Shown here: in pieces, positions 15,344 to 19,763 of the stretch
How positions within the stretch are numbered: position 1 is the first letter of the stretch
Layout: the number at the start of each line of letters is the position of its first letter
Assembly (NCBI GenBank): GCA_903923175.1
Contig: CAIXWQ010000706.1
Span: 1 to 19,763 of the forward strand
Direction: 5' to 3'
DNA from: an uncultured delta proteobacterium
GTDB taxonomy: Bacteria; Myxococcota_A; Polyangia; Polyangiales; JADJMO01
DNA: 19,763 nucleotides
The notes under the pieces: model-generated
Seen by the model: only the letters and a program-made list of their open reading frames with translations
Told to the model about the DNA's origin: nothing
Databases searched by the model: none
Program-made: the position numbers and the translations under genes

Positions 15344-15571
15344 GCCTCGAACGCGGCCCTTCACGCGGTCGAAGCGCCGGAGCTCCCCGACGCGCCGCAA
15401 CGCCGATCCGACGCACCTGACGCGTCCGTACGCACCGGCTGCAGCTTCGCGTGCGCCCCTCACGCGCATCACGCTCCCTGCGCAGCGCGGCCGCCGCGCG
15501 ACGCGTGGCGCGCGCGTTGCTCCGTCCTCGGGGTGCGACCGCGCGGCTGCGGCCGAGCCGGAGGTGGACCG

Positions 15572-16516
15572 ATGTGGACAGGCCCGACCGAGCGCTGGCG
15601 CGCGATGCTCCAGAGGGAAGAGGAGCCCCGCGCCCTCACCATCGCCATGCAGGCCGTCCGTGACGCCGAGCACGGACCGCACAAGGACCCCGAGCGCCTC
15701 GCGGAGGCGCGCCTCGCGCTCGCCGAGTGCTTCCTCGGCGAGAGCCGCTACCAGGACGCGTTGACCGAGCTCGAGCACGCGCGCAAGGCGCTGCACGCCG
15801 CGCCCGTCGCCACCGTGCGAAGGCTCGCAGAGCTCGACGACCTCGAGGGGATCGCCCACGAGGCGCTGGGCAAGCCGTTCGAGGCCGAGACGCACTTCCT
15901 CGCGGCGCTGAAGGCGCGCGAGGCGGAGTGCGGTCGCGAGGACCCGGAGGTCGCGACCTCGCTCGAGAACCTCGCGCGGCTCTACGCCGACGGCACCTTC
16001 GAGGAGCGCCACGCCATCCCGCTCCTCGGCCGCGCGCTGCGCATCCTCGAGAAGGCGGGGCCGAGCTGCGATCACCGGCGCGTGCGCGTGCTGCACGATC
16101 TCGCCGTGCTGCAGCGCAACGCGGAGCACCTCGACGAGGCGCGCGATCTCCTCGAGGACGCGCTGCGCGTCCAGATCGATCTCGCCGGCCGCAACGACGC
16201 GTCGGTCGCGCCGCTGCTGCGCGATCTCGCGCTGATCTACGCCGAGAAGAAGGAGTGGATCACCGTCGAGGCGCTGCTGCGTCGAGCGCTCGTGATCATG
16301 GACACCCACCCCGCGCAGGAGGCCCTGCCGTACATCGAGGACCTCGCCGACGCCGAGCGCGAGATGGGCAAGGTCGACGAGGCGCTGGTGCTCTACCGGC
16401 ACGCCGCGCGGCTGTATCGCGCGGTGGGCGGCCAGGACGACATCGAGGCGGCCGAGATCGAGCAATTCGTCGACGACCTCGAGGAGCTGCGTCGCGCGCA
16501 CAAGACCGAGAGCTGA
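15572..16516 (+). CDS. Soluble TPR-repeat protein (TPR_12/kinesin-light-chain-like repeats)
   Basis: ATG at 15572 follows GGAGGTGG (15560-15567). The protein is 314 aa of repeated about 42-aa helical units (…ATSLENLARLYADGTFEERHAIPLLGRALRILEK…VAPLLRDLALIYAEKKEWITVEALLRRALVIM…). The 5' part of the ORF-track entry from 15533 lacks an RBS. Confidence 0.8.
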   Translation: MWTGPTERWRAMLQREEEPRALTIAMQAVRDAEHGPHKDPERLAEARLALAECFLGESRYQDALTELEHARKALHAAPVATVRRLAELDDLEGIAHEALGKPFEAETHFLAALKAREAECGREDPEVATSLENLARLYADGTFEERHAIPLLGRALRILEKAGPSCDHRRVRVLHDLAVLQRNAEHLDEARDLLEDALRVQIDLAGRNDASVAPLLRDLALIYAEKKEWITVEALLRRALVIMDTHPAQEALPYIEDLADAEREMGKVDEALVLYRHAARLYRAVGGQDDIEAAEIEQFVDDLEELRRAHKTES

Positions 16517-16517
16517 G

Positions 16518-16549
16518 GCGCGCGCCGCGGTGCGCGCGGAGGCTCGTCT
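16518..16549. terminator. Possible bidirectional terminator hairpin between the TPR gene and the convergent lipoprotein gene
   Basis: gcgcgc (16518-16523) pairs with gcgcgc (16532-16537) around an 8-nt loop, followed by a T-containing tcgtctttc. It sits in the 34-nt gap between convergent stops at 16516 and 16551. Confidence 0.25.
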
Positions 16550-16550
16550 T

Positions 16551-17516
16551 TCAGGGCGCCCGCAGCGGGCAGTGGCCGTCGAAGCAGAGATCGGAGCCGC
16601 TGCCCGGGTAGTAGTAGCCGATCACGAAGCACATCTCGTCGAGCGCGCTCTCACCGAACCCGATGCCGTTCGGCGTGTCGTTGAGGTAGTCGCACTGGTA
16701 GGTGAGCCCCGAGGTGCCGTCGAAGGTGAACTGCGGATCGACGGAGACGTAGCGAGGCTCCGCCCAGTTGGTGTCGTCGGCCAGCCGCGCGCCGGGCTGG
16801 CCGCGCGCCGCCGACGCCCACACCTGCGCCTCGGTGCCGTGCGAGTGCTGGTGCGTCGTGACGTAGAACATCTTCGTGCCGGGCTTGCCTGCCTGGAAAT
16901 GCTGGCCGGTGCTCCACGACTGGTTGGCGGGAATGTCGATCTGTCGCGTCCCCCAGAACAGCACGTCGGCCGCCTGGTAGCCGGTCGCCTGCGCCAGCGG
17001 GATCCCCTCGACCTTGAACGTCCCCGCGCCCTGCAGCGCCGTCTTGCCGGCGTTGATGTAGTGCGCCTCGATCTTGATCACCTGATCGGCCGCGAGGACC
17101 ACCCCGACGCCGGCGGGGAAGTCGAGCTCCGCCTTCTCCTTGCCGATGAGCGCGATCGGGGCCTCGTCGGTGCCGTTGATGAACGTATTCACGAACGGCG
17201 CGCACGGCGTCGGCGTCAGGTCCTCGTCGGTCGCCGTCGTGCGATAGACGATCATGTGATGCGAGCCGGGCGCGAGGTCGGCCGAGAGCTTGGTCGCGAG
17301 CAGCGGCTGGCCGGTGCCGATCTTCACGCGGATGCAGACCGTCTTCTCGTCGCCCGGCTGCAGGTCGATCGGGCCGATCGAGGCCTGCGCGGTCGTCGGC
17401 AGCGGGACGTCGGCCGCCGGCGCGCCGGACGACGAGCACGCGGGGAGCGCCGCGAGGCCCGAAAGGCAGAGCGACGCGAGCGCGGCGATCGAAGCGAGAC
17501 GCGAGGGCTTCGGCAT
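16551..17516 (-). CDS. Exported lipoprotein of unknown function; beta-rich, with His-cluster (HHMIVY, THQHSHGTE) and 8 Cys, possibly metal-binding
   Basis: Start is ATG at 17514-17516, giving the textbook lipoprotein signal MPKPSRLASIAALASLCLSGLAALPAC|SSS. The ORF-track 793-aa version (to 18932) adds an Arg/Glu/Asp/Pro-rich extension antisense to the nfeD/flotillin genes and is rejected. The mature protein has paired Cys (CIRVKIG…PC, CDYLND…C…C…C), which suggests disulfides. Confidence 0.75.
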   Translation of the reverse strand: MPKPSRLASIAALASLCLSGLAALPACSSSGAPAADVPLPTTAQASIGPIDLQPGDEKTVCIRVKIGTGQPLLATKLSADLAPGSHHMIVYRTTATDEDLTPTPCAPFVNTFINGTDEAPIALIGKEKAELDFPAGVGVVLAADQVIKIEAHYINAGKTALQGAGTFKVEGIPLAQATGYQAADVLFWGTRQIDIPANQSWSTGQHFQAGKPGTKMFYVTTHQHSHGTEAQVWASAARGQPGARLADDTNWAEPRYVSVDPQFTFDGTSGLTYQCDYLNDTPNGIGFGESALDEMCFVIGYYYPGSGSDLCFDGHCPLRAP

Positions 17517-17612
17517 GGGTACGGGCAGCTTAGCCGTATACCGGTCCGGGGCACCCTCGGGATCGCGTAAGGGGCGTTCGCCAGCGGTGCGCGCAGGTCG
17601 TACCCTCGTCGC

Positions 17613-18173
17613 GTGATCGCCGTCTACCTCGCGGCCTTGGTCGTCGCGCTCGGCGTCGTCGGGGTGCAGCTGCTCGGCGGGGCGCACGGTCACGACGGCT
17701 CGGTCGGCGCGCACGACGTCTCCGCCGGCGCGCACGGCGACCACGATGCCCTCTCGACCGCCTCGCTCTTCCTCTCGACGCGGTTCTGGACGTTCGCGCT
17801 GCTGGCGCTCGGGCTGGTCGGCACGCTCCTCTCGCTCCTGCGGCTCGCCTCGCCTTGGGCCATCGTCGTGCTGGCGATCACCAGCGGCGTCGTCTCGGGG
17901 CTCTTCGCCGCGCTCGTGTTCCGCGCGCTCCGGCGGTCCGACCGGTGGAGCGGGGCCTCGCTGAACGAGGCGATCGGCACCACCGCGCGCGTGCTCGTCC
18001 CCTGCGCCAAGGGGCGGGTCGGCAAGGTGCGCGCGCTCGTGAAGGGGGCGACCGTCGACATGCTCGCCATGACCGACGCCGAGGAGATCGAGATCGGCGC
18101 CCACGTGCTCATCGCGGCGATCGACGGGGGCATCGCGAAGGTCGAGCGCGCGCCGCTGGAGCTCGAGCCGTAG
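17613..18173 (+). CDS. nfeD: NfeD-like (short form, YuaF-type) membrane protein with a C-terminal OB-fold and an unusual His-rich loop
   Basis: Start is GTG at 17613, the first start in frame, with no obvious SD. There are two or three TM helices (IAVYLAALVVALGVVGVQLL; FWTFALLALGLVGTLLSLL; WAIVVLAITSGVVSGLFAALVF). The C-terminal beta-barrel motif is GTTARVLVPCAKGRVGKVRALVKGATVDMLAMTDAEEIEIGAHVLIAAIDGGIAKVE. The His-rich insert is GAHGHDGSVGAHDVSAGAHGDHD. The gene lies immediately upstream of a flotillin gene, the canonical NfeD-SPFH pairing. Confidence 0.75.
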   Translation: MIAVYLAALVVALGVVGVQLLGGAHGHDGSVGAHDVSAGAHGDHDALSTASLFLSTRFWTFALLALGLVGTLLSLLRLASPWAIVVLAITSGVVSGLFAALVFRALRRSDRWSGASLNEAIGTTARVLVPCAKGRVGKVRALVKGATVDMLAMTDAEEIEIGAHVLIAAIDGGIAKVERAPLELEP

Positions 18174-18374
18174 CGGCGGCGCGTGCGCTCGCGCGGGGCG
18201 CGCGCACCGCCGCTCGGTCGCCATGCCCGGTGGCGGTAGCGCAGGGTGCAACGCTTGCGTCGCCGAGCGCGTCGATCGGCCTCGTTTTCCAGGCCGTTCC
18301 GCGCGTCGCGCCGCGTGTATCCTCGCCGCATGGTCAAGCCCACGTCCGATGGGATCCCCGATCTCGGGATCGAC

Positions 18375-19667
18375 ATGCAGACGGCGACGCTCCTGCTCGG
18401 CGGCGCCGTCGCCGTCGTCATCGCGTTCGCGCTCTTCGTGTGGTTGATGAACCGGTTCCTCTACGTGTGCCGGCCGAACGAAATCCTGATCTTCGCGGGG
18501 CGAAAGCACCGATTGCCGGACGGCACCGAGGTCGGCTTCAAGATCCTGCACGGCGGTCGTGGCATCCGCACGCCGCTGCTGGAGACGGTCTCGCGCATGG
18601 ACATGCGCCTGTTCCCCGTCGAGGTCGCCGTCGCGAGCGCGTACTCGAAGGGGGGCATCCCGCTCACCGTCAACGCGATCGCGAACGTGAAGATCGCGAG
18701 CGACCCGCTGCTGGTGCGCAACGCGGTCGAGCGCTTCCTCGGCACCAGCATGCAGCAGATCGCGGTGGTCGCGCAGCAGACGCTCGAGGGCGTGCTGCGC
18801 GAGGTCCTCTCGCAGCTCACGCCGGAGGAGGTGAACCAGGATCGCCTCAAGTTCGCGGAGAGCCTCGTGCTGAACGCGAAGGACGACTTCGACAAGCTCG
18901 GCCTCGAGCTCGACGTGCTCAAGGTGCAGCACGTCGCCGACGATCAGCAGTACCTGCAGAACCTCGGGCGCGCCCGCATCGCCGGCATGATCCGCGACGC
19001 GCAGAACGCCGAGAACCAGGCCAACCAGCGCATCGCCGAGGAGCAGGCCGCCGCGCGGATGCGCGCCGAGTCGGCGCAGAAACAGGCCGAGGCGATGGTG
19101 CTGCAGAAGAAGAACGGCGTGCGCGCCGAGCTCGCCCGCCTCGAGGCGCAGGCCAAGTCGATCGAGAACGAGGCGGAGGTCGCCTCGCAGACGGCGCGCT
19201 CGTTCGCCGAGCAGGATCTCCAGGGGCGCCGCGCCGAGCTCGAGAAGCTCCGCCTCGAGTGCGACGTCGTGCTGCCCGCAGAGGCGCGGCGCATGGCCGA
19301 GGAGGCGAAGGCGCGCGGCGCGGCGGCGCCGACCGTCGAGCAGGGCAAGGCGGCGGCGGAGGCGCTCACGATGGTCGCCGCCGAGTGGCAGGCGGCCGGC
19401 AAGGACGGGCGCGACCTCTACGTGCTCAACCAGCTCCGGAGCTTCGTCGAGTCGGCCATCACCCGCGTCGGACAGACCGAGATCAAGGAGCTGCAGCTGG
19501 TCGACGGCGGCGACGGCAAGGCGCTCGCCTCGCTGTTCGCGGCCTTCCCAAACGCGGTCGCCCGCGTGATGGAGGCGACCGGCGACGCGATCGGCGTCGA
19601 CATCGACGCGCTCATCGGATCCTCGCTCTCGAAGAGCGCCAAGAACGCCAAGAACGAGGTGCGGTGA
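18375..19667 (+). CDS. Flotillin-like SPFH/Band-7 domain protein (FloT/YuaG type) with C-terminal EA-rich coiled coil
   Basis: ATG at 18375 gives MQTATLLLGGAVAVVIAFALFVWLMNRFLYVCRPNEILIFAG, the typical flotillin N-terminal membrane hairpin followed by the PNE…G motif. The SPFH core is GIPLTVNAIANVKIASDPLLVRNAVERFLG. A long Ala/Glu/Gln-rich coiled coil follows (AEEQAAARMRAESAQKQAEAMVLQKK…). Upstream Met/GTG codons in the ORF-track version (from 18246) add an Arg-rich tail with no RBS. Confidence 0.85.
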   Translation: MQTATLLLGGAVAVVIAFALFVWLMNRFLYVCRPNEILIFAGRKHRLPDGTEVGFKILHGGRGIRTPLLETVSRMDMRLFPVEVAVASAYSKGGIPLTVNAIANVKIASDPLLVRNAVERFLGTSMQQIAVVAQQTLEGVLREVLSQLTPEEVNQDRLKFAESLVLNAKDDFDKLGLELDVLKVQHVADDQQYLQNLGRARIAGMIRDAQNAENQANQRIAEEQAAARMRAESAQKQAEAMVLQKKNGVRAELARLEAQAKSIENEAEVASQTARSFAEQDLQGRRAELEKLRLECDVVLPAEARRMAEEAKARGAAAPTVEQGKAAAEALTMVAAEWQAAGKDGRDLYVLNQLRSFVESAITRVGQTEIKELQLVDGGDGKALASLFAAFPNAVARVMEATGDAIGVDIDALIGSSLSKSAKNAKNEVR

Positions 19668-19763
19668 TGGGCGGCGTCATCGTGGTGCTGGGGCTGACGG
19701 CCCTCATCGTCTTCCTGCTCGTCTCGTTCATGGTGCGACGCCTGCTCTACGTGAGCGCGCCGA
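19667..19763 (+). CDS. 5' end of a second, paralogous SPFH/flotillin-like gene (3'-truncated by the window edge)
   Basis: ATG at 19667 overlaps the upstream TGA (TGATG) and follows GAGGTG (19656-19661). The 32 visible codons, MGGVIVVLGLTALIVFLLVSFMVRRLLYVSAP, mirror the N-terminus of the preceding flotillin (…FALFVWLMNRFLYVCRP…). Confidence 0.55.
   Translation, partial: MGGVIVVLGLTALIVFLLVSFMVRRLLYVSAP

Noticed and set aside
14492-16501. 669-aa ORF on the minus strand
   Set aside because: It is antisense to the RsbT-like::PP2C fusion and TPR genes, which have strong motif and RBS support. Its translation is low-complexity and Arg-rich.
17517-18932. N-terminal 470-codon extension of the 16551..18932 minus-strand ORF
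   Set aside because: The extension is antisense to the nfeD and flotillin genes and encodes Arg/Glu/Asp/Pro-rich sequence. The real lipoprotein gene begins at the internal ATG (17516), which yields a textbook lipoprotein signal peptide.
1-19763. CRISPR arrays, tRNA/rRNA genes, IS elements or integrases
   Set aside because: No direct-repeat/spacer periodicity, no cloverleaf-compatible intergenic segment (the intergenic spaces are short and GC-only), and no transposase or integrase-like ORF were found by eye. A tRNAscan/Infernal run would be the definitive check.

Overview
This is a 19.8 kb window of very GC-rich (about 70-75 %) chromosomal DNA. Strongly biased G/C at codon position 3 separates real frames from the many long 'shadow' ORFs. 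The repeated Cys-rich secreted-protein motifs, the many lipoproteins and the regulatory gene content suggest a Myxococcota-like (Sorangium/Polyangium-type) deltaproteobacterium, but this is inference. I support about 24 protein-coding genes and find no rRNA, tRNA, CRISPR array or transposase. In order, the window holds: a 3' gene fragment; an exported ComEC-C-terminal-type MBL-fold hydrolase; a polytopic membrane/TPR protein; an operon of an acidic repeat lipoprotein plus a secreted collagen-like (G-X-Y)43 protein; a small transmembrane/coiled-coil protein; a large secreted right-handed beta-helix protein with an N-terminal myxobacterial-style Cys-rich repeat region; a UspA-family protein; an operon of an AAA_28-type P-loop ATPase and a YwiC-like membrane protein, divergent from an 83-aa helical protein. 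It then holds a regulatory island: a PAS-LuxR one-component regulator, a cytoplasmic GAF-histidine kinase, and a divergent stressosome-type operon (rsbR, rsbS, rsbT, and a second RsbT-like Ser-kinase domain fused to an RsbX-like PP2C phosphatase) followed by a TPR protein; the locus contains no sigma factor, anti-sigma factor or RsbV. The window ends with an exported His/Cys-rich lipoprotein and an NfeD(short)-flotillin-flotillin operon, the last gene truncated by the window edge. The most interesting item is the stressosome locus with its kinase-phosphatase fusion and non-sigma-factor surroundings. Other notable items are the lipoprotein/collagen-like pair with in-frame tandem repeats, the His-rich NfeD, and the tandem flotillins.
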